A stretch of DNA of 64,000 nucleotides, taken from contig NC_135263.1 in the NCBI RefSeq assembly GCF_964204865.1, positions 12,958,001 to 13,022,000 on the forward strand, read 5' to 3'. Below the pieces are notes generated by a model that was given only the letters and a program-made list of their open reading frames with translations, made no database searches and was not told the origin of the DNA. Below are positions 41,509-55,400 of this stretch, in pieces; within the stretch, counting starts at the first letter, position 1; each line of letters opens with the position of its first letter. Made by a program: the position numbers and the translations under genes. The stretch comes from Styela clava. Taxonomy: Eukaryota.

Positions 41509-41756
41509 TACGATTTAATAAAATTATCATTTCAACTTTTTAAATGAACGCTTACGTTAAAAAAAGGTATAATAATTCTTGGATTCGATGTTTCTTAGAC
41601 AAATTAGCATAGGCTACCTATAAATCGATATTTTTTCACTCTTTTTGTTGTTTTCAAGGTTAGGGTGGTAGGTTTTTCAAATTTAGAATTGAAAATGAAC
41701 AGAACAAAATTGATTGTTAGGGCTTCATCCTATAAATTTCAGTCTACCTTGTTTAT

Positions 41757-42088
41757 AACCTTTAACCTTTTTTTTCTAATTTATTGAATATTGCTCAAGA
41801 AAATCAGTAGTGAGTTAGAAACCCAGAAAACACCGTTTGTGCGCGTAGGATTATGCATGACAACGTTGGTCCCAAGCAGAAGCAAATTTTCTCAAACTAA
41901 AATCGCGTGACAACAATGGGCCACGAGGCGGCGATGGGGGAGGAGAAATGCGCCTCGTATTTCGCATTTGCTCGAACAACGGTTATTGAACGAGACGTTA
42001 GTAGAATTTCTCACGCGTTTGAGCAAAGAGTTGACAATTTTTAGGATGGGTATAAAAAGTCGATTTGGACCATCGAAGAGAAAGGGTT
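41757..42088. mobile_element. ~330-bp MITE-like insertion upstream of B (copy at 50348-50679 upstream of C), absent upstream of D
   Basis: D reads taccttgttcaatggaaaatccgaccc without it; ends aacc(c)ttt...aaagggtt. Confidence 0.45.
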
Positions 42089-42313
42089 TGGGAAATCCGA
42101 CCCTGCTCTTGCATCTAGTGTTCTCGCCTCAACTGCCCATTACCAAAACTAAATTTGATCACGATGCTCTTGTGTAGCAAATGTGAAAAGAAAATAATTT
42201 CATTTTTGTGTAACATCTTTATGATCTGTCAACATTTTTATCTCATAAGCACTGTTCTTATTTAGATAGTCTTATATTTAACCCCTCTACTCCAATTCAC
42301 ATATTTTTGCACC

Positions 42314-43594
42314 ATGGCGTTTAATATATGGACTGAATTGATATTTCTTGCTTCTATCAATATGCTCTGCGATGCATCATCTTTGAAAATTAAGGTGAAA
42401 TATTTTATATTTTTAACCACTAAACATAGTCTTAATAACAAAGCAACTGAAAATGTTGCAGATTTTATTCCAAGTTTTATTCCACGGGTATAAACTTCGC
42501 TACATGGCAAGGTGGTTAAAGTCGAAAAAGCTGTAGTTGAACTGAAAGTATATATCAATCGGCATTCAAACTTGCTCTGCTCAAACCTTCCATGCGAAAA
42601 ACACAGCTGGTTTTCGAACTTCAGTAAGCAGTAACATAAAGCAATTAAATCCTATTGAACAATAACATATTTTATTATAGATCGGCGACCCTTGCGGAAT
42701 TCCTCATGGATCTGGAAGATGGATGAACAAAAATAACACATTTGGGTGTGATCAGTGTGATGCAGGCGAATATTGGGATTCGTATAATAACACATGTTCG
42801 CCGTGCACTGGTTCACTGACCAGCTGCAAACCAAATGTATTATCAAGTTCTTGCAGTCACCATTGGAGGTGAGTATAGTTTTCGATTAGTTTATGTTTCC
42901 ATAATCATCGATTACTTTACCAATACACGCGTGTACGATACACTCGTAATAATGCAGCAGAGCTGACATAAAAAATTGGCTTCTTTGACACCAAGCCCGG
43001 TTCACGAGTCTTAATCCCAAGCATTTAACTGAATAACCGAAATACTCAAATAAGTGCGCTTTCGTACATAAACCCCTTTATTGGGAGTAATGGTAACTGT
43101 AGCAGTATTTTTAGCTTTCATTTGGACAGTAACATTATCGGAACCAAAAAACAAACTATTTTTCTCAACGTTATAGGGATTGTGAGACCACGTCACCCAG
43201 CACAACTACAAGAAATGTGTCAACTGATAAACCAGTGATCAATACTTCGTTGAATATTCACAGCACGGCGTCAGTTGAACATATCACCAGTCCAACATCC
43301 ACCAAAGAAATAACCAATGCGAATATTAGGCCAATTACTTCGGCCTCGTTTCAGTCGTCTTTTACTTCAAGCACAACTGTGAAAACCAGTGTTGAACACA
43401 GCGAAAAAACACATTTAGAGCCATGGGTTTACATTATTATAGTACTGGGGTTAATATTTCTCATTGTCAGTATTGCTATTTTAATATTTAGAGTATATAA
43501 ACATCGCACATCGCAGCAAAGTAGGCCTCCAAATGATACACTAGACAACCTGACTGATTCTGGCGAAAAGTTGCTCGAAAACAGCCAATCTTGA
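42314..43594 (+). CDS. CRD-family gene B: type I membrane receptor-like protein with one 8-Cys CRD; exons 42314-42394 (tentative), 42681-42868, 43177-43594; 228 aa
   Basis: CRD IGDPCGIPHGSGRWMNKNNTFGCDQCDAGEYWDSYNNTCSPCTGSLTSCKPNVLSSSCSHHWRDC; Ser/Thr stalk; TM WVYIIIVLGLIFLIVSIAILIF; tail ending DSGEKLLENSQS*. Exon 1 (gcaccATGG context, MAFNIWTELIFLASINMLCDA, phase 0) is less certain. Confidence 0.75.
42914..43131. other. 218-bp indel in intron 2 of gene B relative to gene C
   Basis: The intron is 308 bp in B and 90 bp in C. Weak terminal inverted similarity; it could be a MITE insertion in B or a deletion in C. Confidence 0.6.
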
Positions 43595-43758
43595 AAGCCC
43601 GATATCTGATTTCAAAAATATTACTCGTGTTTATCATTGCTAATGAGAGTACACTAAATATATTTGAAATAAATCAAAGTATTGAATTAACTCTAAGTTT
43701 CATATATATTCCTAGCGTATCTATCTAAATTAATTGAAATATGAATTTTACTCTTTAG

Positions 43759-44038
43759 CCTCAACACAGACACTTACGAGAAGTACAGATAACAGAAATT
43801 CAACTACAGGATATCGGCCCACAACTACTCAAGTGTTCACAAAACCAATAAACATTCTTACAGATACAGCTTTAAACCCAACTCGAGAGACAAACATAGT
43901 GACTGAAAAGACCTTTAATTTGACAATATTCCACTTAAGCATGGGGGTTTCATTTTTAGTTGTTATGGCAATATCCTTGATAGCTATTTTTTCATCAAGC
44001 TTTGCATATCAAAACAACGACAAAACAATCCAAGACGA
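43759..44038 (+). pseudogene. Orphan duplicate of the A2 stalk/TM exon with a 1-bp frameshift
   Basis: The duplication breakpoint lies in the preceding intron. The T7 run at ~34109 is T6 here (~43987), shifting the frame at the end of the TM segment. Confidence 0.8.
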
Positions 44039-46637
44039 GTAAGTCAGAGTGTACTTCGCGTTACTTTGAACACCACGTCTATATGATAAAACTTTAAGAA
44101 TAGAAATATTACACCTATCACACAATGTTTATGGCTGCCACTTTGAGAGTTTGATAAAACCATTTTATCAGATTTAAAATCATATCAATTGACCGATAAC
44201 TGGTTTGAAGTTTAACGCCCGAGTCATCTTCGTGTAATTATATGTTTTCAAGCTTTAACGTCCGAACTCAACAATTTGCGTATATATCCTTTTTTTAAGC
44301 ATTAACGCCCAAATTCTTCGAATTAGTGTCTTATTATAACTTATAACACCGAGCCCGTTGGATCATTTTATTGCTGGTAATGTGATTGTATGGGGGGCAA
44401 CAGACTCTGATGTCCCCAAAAGGTCATGCACCAAAGCATCTGTCTATTTATTGTTTATATGCGTTTGCTATATATATGGTGTGTTTTGTGGTTTGACGAA
44501 TGCAATAAACTCTCTCTCTTGCTATGTGAATGTTATAACGTTTATAATATGGGACTACATGAGTTGCCTGTATTATTAAAAGTGATAGCAATTTTGAGTG
44601 CCTTGTCTTCAAAAGGTAGTAATGTGGAAAGATCGCTATGAAGTGAAATTAAATTCAAGATTTTAATTATATATACGTAAGGTTAAAGGACGACGGTTAT
44701 TTGCGACAGCAATTTTGATGACTTGTGTGGTACAAATGTACATAAAGCGCACTTACCATTTAATATAAACCTCTGATAAGTCAAAATTAAGAGTTTCGAA
44801 CGCTTTGATAATCATGAGCAAATTCTCATGATGTCATTCCCGTCCCTTATCTGACTACCTCATTCAAATATTTCGTTATGGTGGCGTATAATGCCCGACA
44901 AAATGTACAGTCGTTCAAAACGCGCAATCTCGCGCGCCGGTGCGTATAAAAAATCTGATTTTCACAATCCATTCGCGTTGCAACTCGTCGCGTAATGTTG
45001 CGTCACTTACGCCGCCGTACCCACGGTCTTTCTCTAGAACTTTCGGATTTCGCAACAACCGTGTATAAAGGCGTAATGTTCTCCAGCACGCGCTCAATAT
45101 TGCTTCGTATCTTTCCACGTTTGTATTGTGCCGGCTGTCACGTAAAAATTCAAGTAATTATTTCTATTTGATTTATTTTGGTCATAATCATGATATTAGA
45201 ATATTTTAGAGAAATATTATTCGAATTTAGTGAAGGTATGCGAGTTATGTAGAATTGAACGCCTGCGCAACGCGATATTATATAGTTAGCGAGTTGCTTG
45301 TTGAAAAGAAACTTCACTGCTTCAAGAAACGTCCGCAGAAATCCATGCCAGGTGGCATTAGTTAAAAACAGAGGTGCGCAACATTATTTGTCGGTGGGCC
45401 ATATAACCAACTTCTGACATCTAGCTGGGCGCACAAAGAAATTAGTTTTTCCATGTACACAAGGAATTAAAAAATTCCCACAATGCAAAATTTTATTTAT
45501 TTGATATTTTAGTGGGACACTTGGATTTTCGAGTTTTTACATAGTTTGTTAACATCAGCTTCGACAGCAGTAAGAATTTTATACTTGATGTGTGACAAGG
45601 GCTGCACTAAATGGCTTGGCCGCGTTGTGACTCGTGGACTGCCTGTAAAGACCCCTGATCTCTCCTGCGTACAATAAACGTGTACTGAAGTCGGGTAGTA
45701 AACACCATCATTTTGGACACCAGATTATCACAGTTTCGACTGTATTTCAATTATTAAGTTAGCGTTCGGGAGAATAGGCTTTACGCTATACAGCCTCATG
45801 TTGCGCCACGGCTTCGTCCTTTGTATTGAAAATACAGTCGTCTCTCAAAACCAAGTCTATTTGAATATAGGAGCAAATTTAATTCAGGAAATAATCCAAA
45901 ACTTTCATACATTAAGATAAGAAAGACAATGTAGTAGTCTGTAGCAACATACAGGCAGTGAAGTAGTATATGTATGTATAGAGGAAGGACATGAAATTAG
46001 AAGATCAGAAGTAACTTTTTTTAAATGACGAAAAATTATTTTTATAATTATTTCCTAACTTTTTCATATGAAATTTGCCAAAAAAAAAACAATTAGTTAG
46101 TTAGTGATATTAGAATTGGAACATAGAATAGATATTAGATATTAGAATTGATATTAGAACTAAACAAAAATATCAAATTAAGCGACTTCTTACAGATGTT
46201 TTTCTTGCTTCTTTATCTAGTTATTGTGATGAACCCAACACCTATATCCGATAATTTATATGGTTTCAGACAAATAGTCATACAACTAAAATTTATCAAT
46301 AAAAAAAATGATAATAACCATACAAATTTTGACACTTCAACTAACATACTTTGGTTTCATTAAGTCAAGTGAATCTTATTGAGTAAGAGTACAGGGGATA
46401 TATGATAGATGTTAAGCAAACAAAATTGCCATTTAAATTCCATATATGTATTTAAATGTCTGTATCAGTATTTTATCTTTCAAGTCGTGTATGACTTAAC
46501 AATAATGAGTGTAAGGCCCTCTTTTAGCAAATATTTGATAATGTTCATTAGGAAACAATCATGTAACACCGCCGCTAAAAAATGCCGTTAAAAAGGAATA
46601 TAAAAGTATCACTCAATGGTAACATTTTTTCAATCAG

Positions 46638-46774
46638 ATTCGATTTCATTACTCAAAAGAGAAAAACGTAGAAAAGGCAAACGCCGAAATAAAAGAAAAC
46701 GGTTGCGCACCAAAGAAAAAGCGGAAAAGAAGCAAAAACTGAACAGAATAAGAAAAAGAAAAAACTCAAGATAA
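46638..46774 (+). pseudogene. Second orphan copy of the A1 polybasic exon (acceptor intact, 3' deletion)
   Basis: caatcAG|ATTCGATTTCATTACTC..., encoding K/R-rich sequence to TAA at 46772-46774. No matching upstream exon. Confidence 0.6.
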
Positions 46775-46930
46775 AGAAAAACTCATAATATGAAAATATA
46801 GGCTAATTAATACAATTATTTGTACATTGCAGTGGGGATATTAAGTTTTAGAAACTGTAGCTACTTTCTGCATTAAAAAGTTGTCATTTTTTTCTTATAT
46901 ATTGTGTTTTTTAAGATGGCCTATTTAAAA

Positions 46931-48482
46931 ACAAGAGAGCAATGATCAAATATATGGACACGCAGAACAATTCCCCAAAAATCATATGCGGTGACCAACG
47001 ACTAACATACCGGCGGTGACTTACCAGTACCTGTATCAGGGTACCGTGACGGTACATGGACTGTCATAGATATTTTAGGTCCTGTGACAATTGAAACATC
47101 AGTTGAAATATCTCGTGATATGAGTCAATTATGTACCGTATTATCGGATCAGGTACCGAACCACAGTCAAACATTTCACATAAAAACGTTACTAAATAAC
47201 ATGCGTCAACTTAACACCAGCCGAATCGAGGTACAATTTTTGGTACAGTGACTGTCATAGCCGTTTAGGGCTGATGAACAATTCGACTACACGGACAACT
47301 CACCAGGCCTAGGGTGGTGTAGCCCGTCTGCGGACAATTTCATTCAAACCGCTATAAAACAAAAACCAATATATCTAACCCGTTAATTTTTTCACCGTGG
47401 GTGCATTGGCGGCATTTATTCTACACGCTAAACCTCGTATTAACTTTCTACGACAAAGGGTTAAAGCTATACAAATCCCCAAAGTACGGCACTCGAAAGA
47501 CGTATTTGCGACCGAACGACCAGTGCGCGACCACGGATTTCAAGCCTTGATCATCGTTTCTGCTGCGTCGAGACTATCGCATACGCAGCCATACAGCAAT
47601 CAAACAGACAAAACACGGTGGTCGCAAATTGGTTGACAAAGATATTATCGACGTATTAGGATAGGATTTACATATTTATCCCGGGGGAGAGAAGTAACTA
47701 TCAAAGATGGTTAACAAAACTCTACCCACCTGCCAAGTTTCATCTTTTTATCTCTTATATTTGTATGGATTTTCAAGCTTTTGACAGCTACGAGTTAGTT
47801 CAGTGTCACCGCTTTCTGACCGTCATATATTTCAAGAACACGGTTATTTCGAACAAAACTCGTTAAATTATGAACAAAGCACCACATCACAGCAATCAAA
47901 CAGACGAAAACACGGTGGTCGCAAATTGGTTGACAAAGATATTATCGACGTATCGGAAATGCACACCCCCTATTCCCCCTCCTTCAAATGTAGAAACGCG
48001 AAACCTTCAAATAAGGTTAAAAGAAACACAACTCTACCCACCTGCCAAGTTTCATCTTTTTATTTCTCATATTTGTATGGATTTTCAAGCTTTTGACAGC
48101 TACGAGTTAGTTCAGTGTCACCGCGCTGTGTTACGGTACCAGAACTTCTCTATCTTTAGAAGGTCCTGTCTTGTGACAGCGTGAATTGAAATTGCAAGAT
48201 GGTCCGTTGGACACAAAATGGCGTCCCATATATGAGAACGTTTAGTGACGTCATAGCAAACAAAAACAAATCTTACAGAGCTAACAGAAATATTTGAAAT
48301 AAATAAAAGTAATAGCCTTCTGGAGAAAAATTTCATCTTCAACCACTGAAAATTTCAAAGCAATTAGTCCAGTAATCAAAGAGAAAAGCGACTTTTTAAA
48401 AACGTGTCAAAGAACAAGAATAAGAACAAGAACAACAACAACATAATATTGAAACGATCGTTATGTCCACTACGTGTCCAAT
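46931..48482 (-). mobile_element. HINE, unit-2 copy without the nested insertion
   Basis: Same termini and internal repeats as 37077-39860. Confidence 0.75.
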
Positions 48483-50900
48483 AACAGGTGTATTGGGTAA
48501 CATCTCAAAAGTTATCACATTATGTATTGTACAATCAGGCTTGTTACCATACAGAAACTAACACAATTTGCATCCGCCAGTATGCATAAACCTAATGTAA
48601 TTTATAGCATTGAATTTATCAAAATAAGTAATCTGGAGGTTTTGAACTACAATAAATGTCGTCTACAATGTGTCTATACAGGCAGACAACATGTCATATA
48701 AACAATATATATATTTGAATGAATTAAACGGAATTTTGCTGTACACCGTTATATAGCTTGAGGGAGGTTTATATTCATTGGATTTCTAAAATTTTAACTT
48801 GGGAATGTTCAATTAACAAACACGTAGTATCCTCAGCTTGTATTTTCAATACACTTCTACGATTTGTGTGCGATTTAAATAAGCTGAAATTATATTTGAC
48901 AATTGCTCAAGTGACAACTTTTATTTACGAAACGTCGAATACATGTTTTTCTTGAATATCTCGGACGAGGCTAAGCCTACACAGATACCGTAATGTATCA
49001 ATCTTTACATTTTCATTGTTAAACTTTTTTATTATTCATATTATATGTCAAAACAAGTAAAAAAAAATGCGTTAGAAAAGGACTCTTCTCACTATTGACG
49101 TACGAATACAGTAACCTAAATCCGATTCCAACCTGTTGAAACCGGCCGGCTTGCGCAATGCTGGCCGGCTTGCGCAAACTAGCGTAAGTTTCACACCGTC
49201 CCGTAGCTTTCAACTTTGGGTTGCGCTGGGTGTCAGGTAAAAATTCAGTATTTACATTCAGAGTATTTATATTTTAATTACTTTCATAGATTGAGATATA
49301 ATAAAAAGGGTAGTAGTCTGCAGCAACGTACAGGCAGTGACATAGTATATAAATGTGGACATAGAAGGACAAAAAATTATAATATCAGAAGTAACTTTTT
49401 TTCTAATGGTATAATTTCAAAAGGACAAAAAATTATATTTTCTATCTTTACCATATGAAATTTGCCAAAGAAACGGTTATTTCGATGTAGTGTAAGTTCA
49501 AGTTGTCTGTTCTGTATAGTTCCCAAATACCTAAAATAAAATGTAGCCTATACATAGACAGCAAAGATGTATGAAATGTATATTTGGTCGGTATCTATAT
49601 TGATATTAGAATTAGTTTAGAAATAACATAAATTTAGAATATAGAACACACGCAAAATATTCCCAATTATATTGCTGTTCAACATATATATTTTTTAGAG
49701 TCATAAAAATAAGAAATGCTGCTAGGTAGCAATCAAGATCAAAGTATCCTTTATGTTATTCGAAATATTATAGGTAACAAATATGTCTGGGTCAGCGATG
49801 ACATGTTACTTCTTTGAGTTTTTTTTTCTCTAAATGAAGCAAAAATTTTTAAAGAAATAAAAAAATTAGATAAAATAGGGATATATTTTATGTAAATAGA
49901 AATTTTACTTTTTTGTAAAATACGTAAAATTATAAAATAAAGAAAAGTGATATCACACATGAACCAGGAAATTGCTAACCAGAAACCGAATTACACTTCA
50001 TAATATTTTGTTTTATGTAGATCTTTCTCATGTCACCAGAAAACCCGACATCATAATATCCGTGTCCACACCAGAGGTGAGGAGAGGGGCGTGGCCAATT
50101 ACGATTTAATAAAATTATCATTTCAACTTTTTAAATGAACGCTTACGTTAAAAAAAGGTATAATAATTCTTGGATTCGATGTTTCTTAGACAAATTAGCA
50201 TAGGCTACCTATAAATCGATATTTTTTCACTCTTTTTGTTGTTTTCAAGGTTAGGGTGGTAGGTTTTTCAAATTTAGAATTGAAAATGAACAGAACAAAA
50301 TTGATTGTTAGGGCTTCATCCTATAAATTTCAGTCTACCTTGTTTATAACCTTTAACCTCTTTTTTTAATTTATTGAATATTGCTCATGAAAATCAGTAG
50401 TGAGTTAGAAACCCAGAAAACACCGTTTGTGCGCGTAGGATTATGCATGACAACGTTGGTCCCAAGCAGAAGCAAATTTTCTCAAACTAAAATCGCGTGA
50501 CAACAATGGGCCACGAGGCGGCGATGGGGGGAGGAGAAATGCGCCTCGTATTTCGCATTTGCTCGAACAACGGTTATTGAACGAGACGTTAGTAGAATTT
50601 CTCACGCGTTTGAGCAAAGAGTTGACAATTTTTAGGATGGGTATAAAAAGTCGATTTGGACCATCGAAGAAAAAGGGTTTGGGAAATCCGACCCTGCTCT
50701 TGCATCTAGTGTTCTCGCCTCAACTGCCCATTACCAAAACTAAATTTGATCACGATGCTCTTGTGTAGCAAATGTAAAAAGAGAATAATTTCATGTCTGT
50801 GTAACATCTTTATGATCTGTCAACATTTTTATCAAGCACTGTTCTTATTTAGATAGTCTTATATTTAACTCCTCTACTCCAATTCACATATTTTTGCACC

Positions 50901-51963
50901 ATGGCGTTTAATATATGGACCGGATTGATATTTCTTGCTTCTATCAATATGCTCTGCGATGCATCATCTTTGAAAATTAAGGTGAAATATTTTATATTTT
51001 TAACCACTAAATATAGTCTTAATAACAAAGCAACTGAAAATGTTGCAGATTTTATTCCAAGTTTTATTCCACGGGTATAAACTTCGCTACATGGCAAGGT
51101 GGTTAAAGTCGAAAAAGCTGTAGTTGAACTGAAAGTATATATCAATCGGCATTCAAACTTGCTCTGCTCAAACCTTCCATGCGAAAAACACAGCTGGTTT
51201 TCGAACTTCAGTAAGCAGTAACATAAAGCAATTAAATCCTATTGAACAATAACATATTTTATTATAGATCAGCGACCCTTGCGGAATTCCTCATGGATCT
51301 GGAAGATGGATGAACAAAAATAACACATTTGGGTGTGATCAGTGTGATGCAGGCGAATATTGGGATTCGTATAATAACACATGTTCGCCGTGCACTGGTT
51401 CACTGACCAGCTGCAAACCAAATGTATTATCAAGTTCTTGTAGTCACCATTGGAGGTGAGTATAGTTTTCGATTAGTTTATGTTTCCATAATCATCGATT
51501 ACATTATCGGAACCAAAAAACAAACTATTTTTCTCAACGTTATAGGGATTGTGAGACCACGTCACTCAGCACAACTACAAGAAATGTGTCAACTGATAAA
51601 CCAGTGATCAATACTTCGTCGAATATTCACAGCACGACGTCAGTTGAACATATCACCAGTCCAACATCCACCAAAGAAATAACCAATGCGAATATTAGGC
51701 CAATTACTTCGGCCTCGTTTCAGTCGTCTTTTACTTCAAGCACAACTGTGAAAACCAGTGTTGAACACAGCGAAAAAACACATTTAGAGCCATGGGTTTA
51801 CATTATTATAGTACTGGGGTTAATATTTCTCATTGTCAGTATTGCTATTTTAATATTTAGAATATATAAACATCGCACATCACAGCAAAGTAGGCCTCTA
51901 AATGATACACTAGACAACCTGACTGATTCTGGCGAAAAGTTGCTCGAAAACAGCCAAGCTTGA
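50901..51963 (+). CDS. CRD-family gene C (recent duplicate of B); exons 50901-50981 (tentative), 51268-51455, 51546-51963; 228 aa
   Basis: Open spliced frame with a few substitutions versus B (E>G in the signal, G>S before the first Cys, P>L, terminal S>A). Confidence 0.75.
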
Positions 51964-52040
51964 AAGCCCGATATCTGATTTCAAAAATATTACTCGTGTT
52001 TTTCTCTTAGTGTCTTCTTAATTTATTGGCATTATTTATT

Positions 52041-52438
52041 CAGGGTTTCCCAAACTAGGGTCCGTGATGACTGCACAGGGGTTCGCAACAATTTGAAAAG
52101 AGTCTGAGCAATCTTTAATGATCAATTTCAATCAAATTTCCATTGCTGCCAGAAAAGGCAATCAAAATTTTATTGCCTCTTGAAACGACCTACATGTGTA
52201 AGGCAATTTCAGCTCTTACCGATATGATGAAAAAATTCAAGTCGGGACTTGCGGCACAGTCGGACTTACGAGTTTGCTAGTCACAAATTGCTCGAGAATT
52301 GATAGAATGTGCAGTGAAAAGCTAATGTCGTTTGTGTTGACGAAACGCACAGAAATTGATACGACAAAGAATTCGGGTCCGTCAAAACTAAGATTCGTGA
52401 ATAGGGGTCCGCTGCCCAAAAAAGTTTGGAAAACCCTG
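52041..52438. mobile_element. hAT (Charlie-like) non-autonomous MITE
   Basis: TIRs cagggtttcccaaact ... agtttggaaaaccctg with subterminal gggtccg motifs; TSD imperfect. Confidence 0.75.
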
Positions 52439-55400
52439 ATTTATATGATCTGTTTATCTGCCTATTTGTTAGCATGACGGATATTTTTTTGTTATGTTTA
52501 TTTTCAAAATCGAAAAAGCGTATTTGTATTTCAATTAGGATATGATAGGAACATAATATGGTTTATCTCAACTACAAAATACTTGGTAATAAATGAGTGC
52601 AATGATACTTCTATTACAGCCAATAATTAATATTGATATTATAAGCCAATTAAAGTATATTTTTATCGTTATTGTTTCATGTACAGTATGTTATTCATTA
52701 TGTTACTGTGTTACGTACTTGGTCGCCATACCAATTGCTTGCTCTGTTAGTTAAAATGAGACAAAACTAACAATTGTTTACACATATTTATATTATGCAG
52801 TGGGAAGATACCTAGTGGAATATTATATATACGTTTTACATTTATAATGATTTCCTTGTGTTGCTTGCATGTTCCCTCTTATTCGTATGTACTTTTGTTG
52901 GTGAGTTATTTTGTGTTAAGTTTTATATGTTGTTACTTCTTTGATTTTATTTTTTTATATGACGCAAAATATTATGTAAAAATGATGTCACCCATGAATT
53001 GTTGTTTGCTTATTGCGTAAGATAAATTGTGTACGCATACGGGATTACATCCATCTCTCGCGCATGAGGTCAAACACAGTGGTTATGGAGCATGCCAAAC
53101 AATAATTTATCTATTCTAAACTAATCAAGTATTGTAGAAGGGGATATCGACATTACGAAACATGAATAAAACGCATGAGTTGTAGTAAAGATGTAATCAG
53201 CTAACTAAATTGTGGTGAAATAACAGGCAAACCTTTATTTAATGGTGTTATGAACTTATAAAGAAAAATACACTCACAACCAAATGATTTTTAAAATTGT
53301 TAAAAAACATATAGGCTAAACGCACTGATTATTTTCACAATCACCTTCTCATTCGCCATTCCGGAAAACAAATTGAATATGAATGGAATTTGGAAATATA
53401 ATAAAAGGAGTAATCAGGATTACATGATGACATCACGTGAACCTAATCATTTTTACGGCTAACACAGAAATACAACATAACGATATACATGGATATGAAT
53501 ATTATATTTCAAAGGATATTATACTACTACGTTTTGTTGTCGTTGTCTTGCGCTACACTGCGACAACTATACGCTTTAACGTGAATTTTACACCGTGAAT
53601 CTTTTGTTAATGAGATGACATCCCTCGGCTCCACCACTGCGTGAAGTCCTTAAATTTTCAACAGTAATATTAGGCTTCGGCATAATATATGACAAAGAAA
53701 ATTATTGAATCTTCTCAGAACCATATCAGCTCCCGGGGGATTTTTGTTTAAATCTTTGTCTTGCGCAACATTTCTGGTATATCGAGTAGCGACGTGTGTT
53801 TCTAGCTCTAGACCGGCCCATCTTTATACTTGGTAATTATTAAAAGCTCTTTCTTACAATAAACTTGTAAAGTAGTAGACACCATAACTTTGGATATCAG
53901 ATCGTATTTCAGAAATGATAATCGTCTGAGTTTTGAAACAATAGAGAAAATCACGGCTTCTCGAAGTTTCGATTGTCTGTTATTAGTTAATTAGTAAGGT
54001 AGCGTTCAGGAGAAAAAGCTTCGAAATATGGAGCGGCACGTTGCGCATGGCTTCGATTTGTATATAGAATTGAAAACATTGTCACCTGTCAAATTAATGA
54101 CTATTTCAAAACAGAAAGCAAGATTAATTTAAGGGAAAATCTAAAACTTTCCTAGATCAAGATTAAAAATACAATGTAGTATTTTGCAGCAAGGTACAGA
54201 CAGTGACATAGTATATAAAAGTGAACATAGAGGAAGGACATGAATTTATAAGATCAGAAGTAACTTTTTTTCTGATGATAAAATATTCGGATCTCGCGTA
54301 GTTTCGTACCATCACTCTAAGAAATGTTCGGTAAATTTTAGGGATAAAAAATTAAAAAATCGTGTCGGTAAACCGATTTCCGTCTAAAGTCGGTGATATT
54401 TACCGATATTGGAGGCGTGGCGTTAGTCGATGTTGCGCGCGCACACTGTTGAGGGAGAGCAGCCAATCAGAGACTATTGAACTCTGATATGACGATATTT
54501 ACGTCAGTCGACAGCAGTTATACCTTATTTACCTTTGTCATTACTGAGTTAGCAGTATTTCTGTAAGGCAATGCAGCTTGGATTCAATAATGTCAGTGTA
54601 GGAGATGTGCTGTTTAGCGTTGAATATTGTATTGTATTGAAAGATAAAAATATATATACCTAGTTATATGTTTGTTCAGTAGCTATATTGACATTTAGAA
54701 TTTGTTTAAAAATAACATGAATTTATGATATATTAGAACACACAAAAATATTTCCAATTATATAGGTGTGGTATATTTTTAAAGTCATAAAAATAAGAAA
54801 TAGACTGCTATAGGCAGCAATCGAGATTAAACTATCCTTCAAGTTATTCGCCATATTATAGGTAACAAATATGCCTGGGTCAGTGATTAATTGTTACTTC
54901 TTTGAGTTTTTTTTTTTTTTTTGAATGAAGCAAAATATTATATGAAAATAAAAAATAAAATAGATAAAATAGAAAAAAATATATATGTGAATAGAAACTT
55001 TACTTTTTCGTGAATTACGTGAAATATAAAATAATGAACAGTAAAATCACATATAAACCAGAAAATTCCTAACCATAAACTCATTGTCTTAGTTACACCT
55101 CATAATTATTTTTTTTATGTAGATCTCTCTCATGTCACCAGAAACCCCGACGTCATAATATCTGTTTCTGCACCGCAGGTGGGGGGCGTGGCCAATTACG
55201 GATTAATAAAATTATCATTCCATTTTTTAAACAAACGGGTTGCGTTAAAAAAAAGATAAAATAATTCTAATATTCGATATTGCTTAGACAAATTAGCATT
55301 GACTACATATAAATCGATATTTTTTCACCGTTTTCACAAAATGAGGGCAATATTGAAGTGAAACTGGTTCGATTAATTTGAAGTAGCATATTTTGTTTTC

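Larger units (their letters stand above)
33786..43632 (+). repeat. Tandem segmental duplication, unit 1
   Basis: Near-identical to 43637-52001, starting at ttgctaatgagagtacac and ending at ttactcgtgttt. The main differences are a 1224-bp nested HINE and a 218-bp intron indel. Confidence 0.95.
43637..52001 (+). repeat. Tandem segmental duplication, unit 2
   Basis: Near-identical copy of 33786-43632; the junction carries 4 extra bases (atca, 43633-43636). Confidence 0.95.

Noticed and set aside
43490-43594. TRAF-binding or death-domain signalling motifs in the receptor tails
   Set aside because: The tails are ~30 aa; TSQQS does not match (P/S/A/T)x(Q/E)E or PxQxT, so no signalling motif is claimed.
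53489-53583. Signal-peptide-like MDMNIIFQRILYYYVLLSLSCATL as exon 1 of gene D
   Set aside because: The donor is weak and phase 2, and the frame is not conserved in the paralogous 62350-62440 segment.
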